DNA of 63,591 nt, counting the filler. It is 7 parts of 7 records of this genome, joined end to end, with 100 filler letters (N's around TTAATTAATTAA, not from the genome) between each part and the next. Parts side by side here need not be neighbours in the genome. Positions count along the whole stretch, not along the records: positions 18,054 to 37,226 come from SRR31156797_25058; positions 37,327 to 44,416 come from SRR31156797_25066; 5 more parts are not named here. One strand, written 5' to 3'. The position numbers and the translations under genes are program-made. Of this stretch, positions 31,133 through 39,726 are shown piece by piece. Every line of letters begins with the position of its first letter. The first letter of the stretch is position 1. The notes under the pieces are model-generated. The model worked only from the letters and a program-made list of their open reading frames with translations, searched no databases and had not been told where the DNA came from.

Positions 31133-31771
31133 TTATTTTATGTTGTGATCAATAACCAATTCATTATCTAAGTAACACTTAACATTTTTTCCGTTTAACT
31201 CAACTTTTAATTCAACTTCTTCTCCTACAGGAATTGAATTAAATTTTTCATCTGTTGCTTCAGCGATAATTCCACCATTTTCTTCTCCGTATTTTTGAAG
31301 AGCTGTTTTTGTACTTGCCCATCCACCAACGTTGAATTGGAAGAAATCTTCTTCACCTTTTGCACCGAATCCTAAACAGATACCTTCGTCTCCTTCAACT
31401 CTAGCTCCTGTTACAATAATTGTAGCTGCTTCCCAGTCGCTGTTGTAAATTGCATATCTACTGTCAAACATCATAGAATCAAGCATTTGAACTTTTCCGT
31501 CTGCAACTTTCCACTCTTCATATGCTTCCCAGTCATCTTTTCTAGTTGAGAAATCATCTTCAAATATTACATTACCATCTTTATCTTTTACTACGATATC
31601 ATTATATTCAACTGCTGTGTAAAAACTAGTTAATAAAACTCCACCTTTTAATTCTTCCGAAAGTGCTGTCCCTTTAACACTTACAGCTGATCCGGATTTA
31701 CTATCTGTTGAGCTACATCCCATAAAACCTAATACTGCTAATAATAATGACACTAAAACAATTCTTTTCAT
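31133..31771 (-). CDS. Lipoprotein consisting of a single ConA/CBM66-like domain
   Basis: Lipobox 'FMGC'; visibly homologous to the GH51 insert ('DDFS', 'NVGGW', 'CYLD'). Confidence 0.7.
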   Translation of the reverse strand: MKRIVLVSLLLAVLGFMGCSSTDSKSGSAVSVKGTALSEELKGGVLLTSFYTAVEYNDIVVKDKDGNVIFEDDFSTRKDDWEAYEEWKVADGKVQMLDSMMFDSRYAIYNSDWEAATIIVTGARVEGDEGICLGFGAKGEEDFFQFNVGGWASTKTALQKYGEENGGIIAEATDEKFNSIPVGEEVELKVELNGKNVKCYLDNELVIDHNIK

Positions 31772-31800
31772 TTAATAACTTCCTTTCGTATTTTTAATAA

Positions 31801-33024
31801 TTATTCTGTTACTGCTGTAAATTCTGTATAACCCATGTCTGCTCCGGCTAATCCGTTTGCACAAGTTCCGAACCAGTTATCTCCTGTTGCTAATAATATT
31901 CCATCAGTATTTATTGCAAAACTTGTAAACTGTCCTGTTGCTACTGATCCATCTTCTGTTGAAATTCCTGTTGCTACCTGTGTAAATGCTTCAATATTTG
32001 TAGTTGTTCCGTTTCCTGCATGTCCTAAGAAGTTTTCACCCGTTGCAAGTAATGTTCCGTCTTCTTTAACTAACATAGTTGTATATTCTTCAGCTTCAAC
32101 TTTTGCTACACCAGTTATATTATTTCCATCTGAATCAGTTAGCTGAACAAAGTTGTTTGAATCTGCAGTTGTAGCTGCTAATCCTAATTGACCTACACTT
32201 GTAGTTCCTACTCCCCAAACTGTTCCGTCACTTTTTAATACAACACTATGTCCTGCTCCTGATGCAACATCTACTACATCAGTAATTCCTGTAACTTGTG
32301 TAAAGTATACTCTTGCTGTATTATCTCCAAGTCCTAACTGACCAAACCAGTTATCTCCGGCTGCTAATAATGTTCCATCTGTTAGAGCTACAAGTGCAGA
32401 GTAACTTCCCATTGAAATATTACTTACATTAGTTATTGCTATTCCATTTTGGTAAAGTACTTGAGTAAAGCTATTATTTAAAACTCCTGCTCCTGATGCA
32501 CCGTTTCCTAATTTACCATGAAAATTATCTCCGGCTGCCCATAATGTTCCATCATCTTTTACAACTAAAGTTGCATTAAACCCTGCTGAAACTAATGCTA
32601 CATCTGTCATATAATTACCATTTGAATCTACTGCCTGAGTAAATGATGAGACATCATCTGTTGTTCCTAATCCTAACTGGCCTTCACTATTTTCTCCAGT
32701 TCCCCATAATGTTCCGTCTTCTTTTATGATCATAGTATTATTGTATCCGCAAGAAACAGATTCAACACTTGTCATTACTTCAGTCGGACTTACCAGCGTT
32801 GCTTCAGAGGCTATTCCGTCACCTAAGCCACCTACTTCATTCCAACCAGCTGCATATAATGTTCCATCAGTATTTAAGATCATTGTATGTCTTGTATCAT
32901 TAGACACTTTTTCTACAACAACGTCTTCTAAAGTTATGATTTTTATAACCTCTGTTGTTGTCTCATCACCACATCCTGTCATTAAAATAACCGCTAAAGA
33001 AATTGCTAATAATCCTTTTTTCAT
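31801..33024 (-). CDS. RCC1/BLIP-II repeat beta-propeller lipoprotein
   Basis: Lipobox 'MTGC'; seven 'DGTL.A.G.N..GQLG.G'-type repeats. Confidence 0.85.
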   Translation of the reverse strand: MKKGLLAISLAVILMTGCGDETTTEVIKIITLEDVVVEKVSNDTRHTMILNTDGTLYAAGWNEVGGLGDGIASEATLVSPTEVMTSVESVSCGYNNTMIIKEDGTLWGTGENSEGQLGLGTTDDVSSFTQAVDSNGNYMTDVALVSAGFNATLVVKDDGTLWAAGDNFHGKLGNGASGAGVLNNSFTQVLYQNGIAITNVSNISMGSYSALVALTDGTLLAAGDNWFGQLGLGDNTARVYFTQVTGITDVVDVASGAGHSVVLKSDGTVWGVGTTSVGQLGLAATTADSNNFVQLTDSDGNNITGVAKVEAEEYTTMLVKEDGTLLATGENFLGHAGNGTTTNIEAFTQVATGISTEDGSVATGQFTSFAINTDGILLATGDNWFGTCANGLAGADMGYTEFTAVTE

Positions 33025-33214
33025 AATTTCCTCCTATATTGTTTTTTTAAGCTACAATAATTTTTATTTTTTTTAATTCAAAAAAATATTTTTGCAACTT
33101 TATTTAAAAAAATAATAATTTTAACTTTTATTTAATCTCATATAATTTAACTTAGGTTTTATAATATAACGATAAAATTTTATACTTTTAACATCCGAAA
33201 ATATGCTCTGTTTA

Positions 33215-33640
33215 CTAATAATTATGTTTTTTGTATATTATGATATCTAATCCTTTTTGTGTGTTAATTGCTTCGGCAATCAAAAAAGCTTCATTCAAAA
33301 ATTTTAATGCGATACTATTTGTAATAATTTTAGGATAAGTTTTAAACAATATATTATCGTATTTTTTTGTAGCATCCCCATTATTTTCAATAAAAACTTT
33401 ACATTCTTTTCCTTGGTAATCTTTTCCTTCAAGCATATATCTTGCTGATAATGTATGAATTTTTTTAGTTTTATTGATTATCTGGGTATCAATTCCTCCA
33501 GAAAGTACTTTCCCTTGAAAATATTTTCCTGTTACATCTCCTGAAAACTGAATCATACAAACTGAATCTGCATTTGAATTTTTCATACTAATAGTTGTGT
33601 CTATTTTTATATGTATTCTAAAAATTTCTTCAACTTTCAT
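33215..33640 (-). CDS. DUF3237 family protein
   Basis: 'FQGKVLSGGIDTQ', 'LSARYMLEG', 'FIENNG'. Confidence 0.7.
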   Translation of the reverse strand: MKVEEIFRIHIKIDTTISMKNSNADSVCMIQFSGDVTGKYFQGKVLSGGIDTQIINKTKKIHTLSARYMLEGKDYQGKECKVFIENNGDATKKYDNILFKTYPKIITNSIALKFLNEAFLIAEAINTQKGLDIIIYKKHNY

Positions 33641-33662
33641 AGTTAATACCTCTTTTTTTATC

Positions 33663-34514
33663 TTATATATTTTCTCTTACAAAATCATGAACCATTTTTA
33701 CCACTTTTTCATTACCTTCTCTTGTAAATCCATGTTTTTCCCCCGTAAAAATTTCAAGCTTTGAATTTTTATAAAATTTTGTAGCTTTTTTAGTATCTTC
33801 TACTAATACTATATCATCTTTATCTCCTTGAAAAATCAGCACATTCTTATTAAATTTTCCGATATTTTCAAAAACATTATAGTTATAAATAGTTTCAAAA
33901 AATGATTTTCCAAGATTAACTCCCCATACATTTAAAGTTTCAGGAATGCTCTCTTTTGTTTGAAATCTATTGCTCCAATTATCAGGAATACAAAATGCAG
34001 GAAATAAAAGTAGCATTCCTTTTATGTCTTCTTTATAATCTTCAGCAGTCAATGCTGTCACTAATCCTCCTTGACTTCCACCAAATAAAAATATATTTTC
34101 CTTATCTACTTTTTCCCAAGTTTTTACTTTATCAATAATTGCACTCAAATCTTCTTTTTCTGTAAATATTGTCATTTCAGTAGTTTTTAAACTACTTTTA
34201 GAACGAACTGATCCTCCAGAAAAATCAAAACAATATGAACCAATTCCTCTTTCTACTAAATATTCAGCTTCCATCGTAAAATCTTTATGTATTCCATTAA
34301 AACCATGGCTGAATATAACTATTGGATATTTTTCTTCGACCTCTGGAATATATGAAACTCCATAAATTTCTCTTTCATGATGTTTTATCCTCACAACACT
34401 TTTATTCCAATTAATCATATTAACTTGCTCCCTTTCTAGTTTATTTTTTTCATTAATTTTCGTACAACTTAAAAATAATAATATTAGTAATAAGAATAAT
34501 AATTTTTTGTTCAT
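33663..34514 (-). CDS. Alpha/beta hydrolase (feruloyl/acetyl esterase-like), lipoprotein
   Basis: Lipobox 'FLSC'; 'SHGF', nucleophile 'GGSQGG', 'QGDKD', 'HGF'. Confidence 0.8.
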   Translation of the reverse strand: MNKKLLFLLLILLFLSCTKINEKNKLEREQVNMINWNKSVVRIKHHEREIYGVSYIPEVEEKYPIVIFSHGFNGIHKDFTMEAEYLVERGIGSYCFDFSGGSVRSKSSLKTTEMTIFTEKEDLSAIIDKVKTWEKVDKENIFLFGGSQGGLVTALTAEDYKEDIKGMLLLFPAFCIPDNWSNRFQTKESIPETLNVWGVNLGKSFFETIYNYNVFENIGKFNKNVLIFQGDKDDIVLVEDTKKATKFYKNSKLEIFTGEKHGFTREGNEKVVKMVHDFVRENI

Positions 34515-35801
34515 TTAAATAACCTCTTTTTTATTAATTTTAAACAATCTTGCTCCGTGAGAATTAATTTCGGCATTAATAAACTTGCTTGTAGAACATA
34601 TATCTTCTTTTTTCCACAAATCTCTAACGACAAAATCTCCCTCAAGATTAAGTTGTTCCAGGCTTATTTCAAGTTCTGATACTTTATTACTCAAATTAAA
34701 TAAAGCCAAATATTTACTTCCATCCACATCATTTGATGTCCATGCTATATTAGTATTAAAAAGTCCGTTTCTAAAAAGTTGTCTTGCACTTCTACCGTCT
34801 CTATGTACTTTTAAAACTTCTTCATTTGTTAATAAATCTAATGTCCAATCATCATTATCAGGCATATGCCCTCCCATCATAAGCGGTGATCTAAATATGC
34901 TCCACAGAGTCATCATCATTATCTGCTCATCTTTTGTGAATCTAGTCATTCTATCTCCAACACCATGCTCCAATGACTTTATTCCTATACGACCAAGCGG
35001 TAACATATCTGCATCAGGCCATGAACCTTCTCCTACAACATCTGCCCACTCTTTACATCTGTCAAACATTGGAAACAGGTGTGCCCATGTATCCCAAAAA
35101 TCATCAGTCATTCTCCACATATTTGCATATTTAGAAAGATGTTCAGCATCATCTTTAGAAGCTGCTCCAGGCGAAAGACTTAAAATAATTTCTTTTTTTG
35201 ATTTTTTAATAGCTCTATGAATTAATTCAACTTCACTATCAGAGTATGGTCTCGCTATATCATCAACTTTGATAAAATCTACTCCCCATTCAGCATACAT
35301 CTCTATAATTGAGTCATAATATGCTTGTGCTCCTTTTGCAGAACTATTAACACCATACATATCTGTATTCCATTGACAGATTGAGTTCGGATGTGCAACT
35401 TCTCTTGCTGTAACAACTGTTCCTTTTACTTTTGTATTTTGATGTGCTGCCTGTCTCGGTATTCCACGCATGATATGAATTCCAAATTTTAATCCTAAAC
35501 TATGTATATAATCTGCTAAGGGTTTAAATCCCTGTCCAGCTTTTGAAGATGGAAATCTGTTTTCTGCAGGAATAAGTCTTGAAAATCCATCCATGCATAA
35601 AGGATAAAACGCATTATACGCTGAAGAGCTGGCTTCAGGCTCATACCATTGAATATCAACAACTATATATTCCCAACCGTAACTTTTCATATGTTTTGCC
35701 ATATAATCTGCGTTTGCTCTTACTTCCTCTTCATTTACGGCTGCTCCAAAACAATCCCAACTATTCCAACCCATAGGTGGTCTTTTACACATATTTTTCA
35801 A
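34515..35801 (-). CDS. GH27 (beta-L-arabinopyranosidase/alpha-galactosidase)
   Basis: 'PPMGWNSWD', 'VDIQWY', 'FIKVDD', 'WRMTDDFWD', 'DADMLP'. Confidence 0.9.
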   Translation of the reverse strand: MKNMCKRPPMGWNSWDCFGAAVNEEEVRANADYMAKHMKSYGWEYIVVDIQWYEPEASSSAYNAFYPLCMDGFSRLIPAENRFPSSKAGQGFKPLADYIHSLGLKFGIHIMRGIPRQAAHQNTKVKGTVVTAREVAHPNSICQWNTDMYGVNSSAKGAQAYYDSIIEMYAEWGVDFIKVDDIARPYSDSEVELIHRAIKKSKKEIILSLSPGAASKDDAEHLSKYANMWRMTDDFWDTWAHLFPMFDRCKEWADVVGEGSWPDADMLPLGRIGIKSLEHGVGDRMTRFTKDEQIMMMTLWSIFRSPLMMGGHMPDNDDWTLDLLTNEEVLKVHRDGRSARQLFRNGLFNTNIAWTSNDVDGSKYLALFNLSNKVSELEISLEQLNLEGDFVVRDLWKKEDICSTSKFINAEINSHGARLFKINKKEVI

Positions 35802-35808
35802 CTCCCAT

Positions 35809-37137
35809 TTATACTGTTTTTAACCATTTCTTACTTATAAATCTGTGCATACTTATAAAGAATTTCGTTATTTCATCTGTAACTGACATTGCAAACACTA
35901 TAAATACAGGGAATCCTAATTTATACCCTATAAATGCCATTGGTATAGCTGTTCCCCATGTCCCAAGCATATCAATTACAAATATTCGCCTCGTATCCCC
36001 TCCGGCACGTAAAACCCCTACCATATTCGTAAAGTTTAACGCTCTAAGCGGTAATATCGCTGCTAATACTTTAATAACTCTTTCGCTGGTAAGTTTGATA
36101 TCTTCAGGAATATTATAAAAATCTACTAAGTAATGAGCCGATGCAAATAGAATAACTCCCACTCCTACCGCAGAAGCTACATTAATTTTAAGCATCTCTT
36201 TGGAAATTTTATATGCTTTGTCAAAATTTCCCTGTCCTAGTTCCTGACCTACAATTACACCAACTGCACTTCCCAAACCTACAATTACAATAAATGCAAT
36301 TCTTTCAAGTGAACCACTTATGTTCATCGCAGTTACTGCATCTGTTCCAACCCTTGCGTATATCATAAATAGTACCGTTGTTCCCAGTGACCAGACTACA
36401 TGGCTGGCCATAACCGGAAGTCCGGTTACAAAGAAATCTTTTATCTTTTCAAATGTAATTTCTTTAAAATGTTTCTTTTTTAAGAAAATTTCATATGATC
36501 TCATTTTTGAGACAACAACTATAGTTATTAACTCAAATAATCTAGCCAATGAAGTCGCTATTGCAGCTCCTGCAACTCCCATTTCAGGAAATCCGAATTT
36601 ACCGAATATCAACAGATAATTAAAAGTTACATTAACCATTAATGTCGTTATACTGGCATACATTGCCATTTTTGTATTTCCCATTGATCGAAGTAAAGTT
36701 GCATAAACTATTGTTAGCCCTGTAAATATATATGAAATTGCTACAATTTTCAGATATGGTCTCGCAACAGCTATAACTCTCACATCCTGAGTATATAACC
36801 TCATTAATTGATCCGGTATAAAAAACGCTAATGCTGTAAATACTGATGCCAATATCATAGATATGAGCATTACTATTGCCAGTATTAACTTAATGTTTTT
36901 CTTGTCTCCCCGACCAAAATACTGTGCAACAAAGATAGCCCCTGCATTATTTATTCCCATGCAAAATAACATAAACAAAAATAGCACTTGATTTGACAAA
37001 CCAACAGAAGCTATCTCAATTTCCCCAATTCTTCCTATCATAAATACATCTGCAAGGTTAATCATTGCAGTAATAAAACTCTGCAGCATTATCGGTAGTG
37101 CAATATTTAAAACTCTTCTCTTTAACTCTTTCCCCAT
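35809..37137 (-). CDS. MATE family transporter
   Basis: 'INLADVFMIG', 'FNYLLIFGKFGFPEMGVAGAAIAT', 'LRAGGDT'. Confidence 0.92.
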   Translation of the reverse strand: MGKELKRRVLNIALPIMLQSFITAMINLADVFMIGRIGEIEIASVGLSNQVLFLFMLFCMGINNAGAIFVAQYFGRGDKKNIKLILAIVMLISMILASVFTALAFFIPDQLMRLYTQDVRVIAVARPYLKIVAISYIFTGLTIVYATLLRSMGNTKMAMYASITTLMVNVTFNYLLIFGKFGFPEMGVAGAAIATSLARLFELITIVVVSKMRSYEIFLKKKHFKEITFEKIKDFFVTGLPVMASHVVWSLGTTVLFMIYARVGTDAVTAMNISGSLERIAFIVIVGLGSAVGVIVGQELGQGNFDKAYKISKEMLKINVASAVGVGVILFASAHYLVDFYNIPEDIKLTSERVIKVLAAILPLRALNFTNMVGVLRAGGDTRRIFVIDMLGTWGTAIPMAFIGYKLGFPVFIVFAMSVTDEITKFFISMHRFISKKWLKTV

Positions 37138-37226
37138 TTAAACTCACTTTTTCCTTTTATTTTTAATTTTTATTTCGTTTATTATTCAACTATATTACAC
37201 TCGCCAAATTTACTCGAGTAAATTTG

Positions 37227-37326
37227 NNNNNNNNNNNNNNNNNNNNNNNNNNNNNNNNNNNNNNNNNNNNTTAATTAATTAANNNNNNNNNNNNNNNNNN
37301 NNNNNNNNNNNNNNNNNNNNNNNNNN
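37227..37326. other. Artificial contig spacer
   Basis: N44-TTAATTAATTAA-N44. Confidence 0.99.
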
Positions 37327-37327
37327 C

Positions 37328-39688
37328 TTATCTAAAAACTATTTTGTTTATGTATTGTTTCTCTTTTACCAGAGAATGAACAATGTAAATTCCAGGTTGG
37401 AATTCGTTGTTATTAAACTTACAAATGGTGCTATTAGGTTCTGTTAACGAAACCAGTTTTCCGCTAATTGAATAAAGAGCGCAACGTTCTATTTCTCCAT
37501 CGGTTGAAATCAGGTCTATTGTATTGGTTTTGTATTGAACGTTAAGTTCTGCATAAGTTAAAGTGGTGGTAATTCCGGTTGTAAGGTCAAAATTATTAAC
37601 ATCATTTGTAAAAAAGTAACTTTTTGCAAGTGCATAAAATTTATTATTATAAACGCCACCAATTTCAAATATATATTTCCCAGGATCGCAATTTAACCAA
37701 TTTACACCACCGTCGTTGGTAAATATTGAACCTTTTGTTCCCATTAACATATATGAATTGTTATCGAACTTATAAAAATCATTAGCACCTTGTAAGTTGC
37801 CGATTGTCTTAAAAGTTTCACCGCCATCGTTTGATACCCAACAACTATCCTTAGATGTAGTAATAAATAATTCATTGTCTGAACCTAATGTGATTGTATA
37901 GAGGTACATTTCATCATCTTCGTCTTTGTCTAGATTAGGATAAAGATTTGTGAATTCTGTTGTGTTTTCAATAGAGTCTACTCCCGCAGTATAAGAAGCT
38001 AAAAAGGTTTCATTGCCAACTATATATATAGTATCGCCTTTTGATTGAATTTCTTTCACACACTTATCCCCAAGATCATCGGTTATAGGCGTCCAGTTTT
38101 TTCCGGCATCAACTGATTTGAAAACTCTGGAATGTTCCGATTTAGGAGAAGTTGTATAATCAAACCAACGCGTCCACAATAGAACAACATCGTTACCAAT
38201 ATAATGAATAACAGATGTATTTACACCATTACAAGATTCGTGGTATGGATTTGCCGAAGGGTCATCTTCGTAAGTATCACCAAGCTTCTTTATATCAACC
38301 GATTTATATGTTTCCCAGTTGTCGTCTGTATAAAAGACACCACCAGACCAATAAATGTCGTTCTCATCTGAATCAGATGAGTAATTAACAAGATAATGTC
38401 GGTTAACACAGGCATAGGCTTCGTCACCAACTGCACTTAATCCATAAAAATCAATTTCAGAAAGAATCTCATTCAAAGAAGGAATCTCTGGCATTGTTAA
38501 AGCATTCCACGATACACCGGTGTCATCACTTTCGAAGAAATTTAAATCGTTACCTACAATTATTATTTTATCTCCATTAATGTGTGTTTTCATGAGATTA
38601 CCATCTCCTAGATTTTGAGTAGTATAGATATAGTTTCCACTAGCAACATCAGAAACCGCAAATTTATAAATAGCAGCTTTGGCAAGAAGAAATAGCGAGT
38701 CGTTGGCAACTCCTCCAATTTCCCAAAGAGATGATGGTAATAATGTACTATTCCAGTTACTTCCGTTATCAGTTGAAATATACAAGTATTTTGAACTAGT
38801 TAAAACAATCGTTGAGTCGTTTACTTTTAAAATATCAGAAGCTCCTTTTATGTTTTCAAATTTAGTGAACGATTCACCTAAGTCATTCGATGTGAAAACA
38901 CTGTCGCCGGTTGTTGCTATCAGTAGTTCAGATTCGCTTGGAAAATCAATATCGAAAATATAAGCTGAGCCATCTCCAGGTAATTGAGGGAAAACATCAA
39001 CTAAAGAATCTGCAGCGGTTGAAATCTTGCAAAGCTTTTTATTACCACCGGTAAAGCCTGTTTCCCCGTTAAAAACAATACAACTCATCGTAGTTGAGCC
39101 TAAATCACCACTTATATTCTTCCAGGTAACTCCTCCATCTGAAGATTTAAAAACACCCGAATGACTTACTTTCTTTTCAGGATTATATTCATACCAGCGA
39201 GCTGCGCAATATGCTAAAGTGTCATTTATAGTTTCAAGAGCAGAATAGTCGAGCCCGAAACATATTTTTGCATTTGGACTTAGAGACGGTTCTTCAACTG
39301 GCCCTAATACCACTGTATCAATAACAGACCAGGTATTTCCTCCATCGGTGGTTTTTAATAGAACTCCATCTACCAGTGGATCCTGGGCTGCATTATACAA
39401 TGCTTCCCTGCTGGTAATAACATAGCCAACATCATTTTTAATACTAATGCCCGTCAAATTATAATACGGTTTCATCAGGTTTAAGCTATTCCAGGTTTCA
39501 CCTCCATTACTCGAAGTAAAAAATGTATTTGCATTTCCTGCAATTGCTGCATGATCTTCATTGATGACCATTTTTTGCAGAATATTACCATCACTTAGTG
39601 TATCTTGTTTCCAGTCGAAAACCGGATTTTGCGCAGTAGCTAATAAAGCCACTAAACTAAATAAAATAGAAAAGGTAAAGTTTTTCAT
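37328..39688 (-). CDS. BNR/Asp-box beta-propeller protein with T9SS C-terminal sorting domain
   Basis: Signal peptide from MKNFTF; many 'S.DGG.TW' boxes; C-terminal 'LYSISGKLV...PGIYIV...KIVFR'. Confidence 0.85.
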   Translation of the reverse strand: MKNFTFSILFSLVALLATAQNPVFDWKQDTLSDGNILQKMVINEDHAAIAGNANTFFTSSNGGETWNSLNLMKPYYNLTGISIKNDVGYVITSREALYNAAQDPLVDGVLLKTTDGGNTWSVIDTVVLGPVEEPSLSPNAKICFGLDYSALETINDTLAYCAARWYEYNPEKKVSHSGVFKSSDGGVTWKNISGDLGSTTMSCIVFNGETGFTGGNKKLCKISTAADSLVDVFPQLPGDGSAYIFDIDFPSESELLIATTGDSVFTSNDLGESFTKFENIKGASDILKVNDSTIVLTSSKYLYISTDNGSNWNSTLLPSSLWEIGGVANDSLFLLAKAAIYKFAVSDVASGNYIYTTQNLGDGNLMKTHINGDKIIIVGNDLNFFESDDTGVSWNALTMPEIPSLNEILSEIDFYGLSAVGDEAYACVNRHYLVNYSSDSDENDIYWSGGVFYTDDNWETYKSVDIKKLGDTYEDDPSANPYHESCNGVNTSVIHYIGNDVVLLWTRWFDYTTSPKSEHSRVFKSVDAGKNWTPITDDLGDKCVKEIQSKGDTIYIVGNETFLASYTAGVDSIENTTEFTNLYPNLDKDEDDEMYLYTITLGSDNELFITTSKDSCWVSNDGGETFKTIGNLQGANDFYKFDNNSYMLMGTKGSIFTNDGGVNWLNCDPGKYIFEIGGVYNNKFYALAKSYFFTNDVNNFDLTTGITTTLTYAELNVQYKTNTIDLISTDGEIERCALYSISGKLVSLTEPNSTICKFNNNEFQPGIYIVHSLVKEKQYINKIVFR

Positions 39689-39726
39689 ATGCACAGTTTT
39701 TATTGTTGATATTCTTTTTTGTTGAT

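Noticed and set aside
31801-33024. DNA-level repeats resembling an array
   Set aside because: In-frame RCC1 protein repeats. No CRISPR repeat-spacer structure was seen anywhere in the window.
34585-35220. 211-aa + strand ORF
   Set aside because: Antisense to GH27, Ser/Leu-rich, no domain signal.
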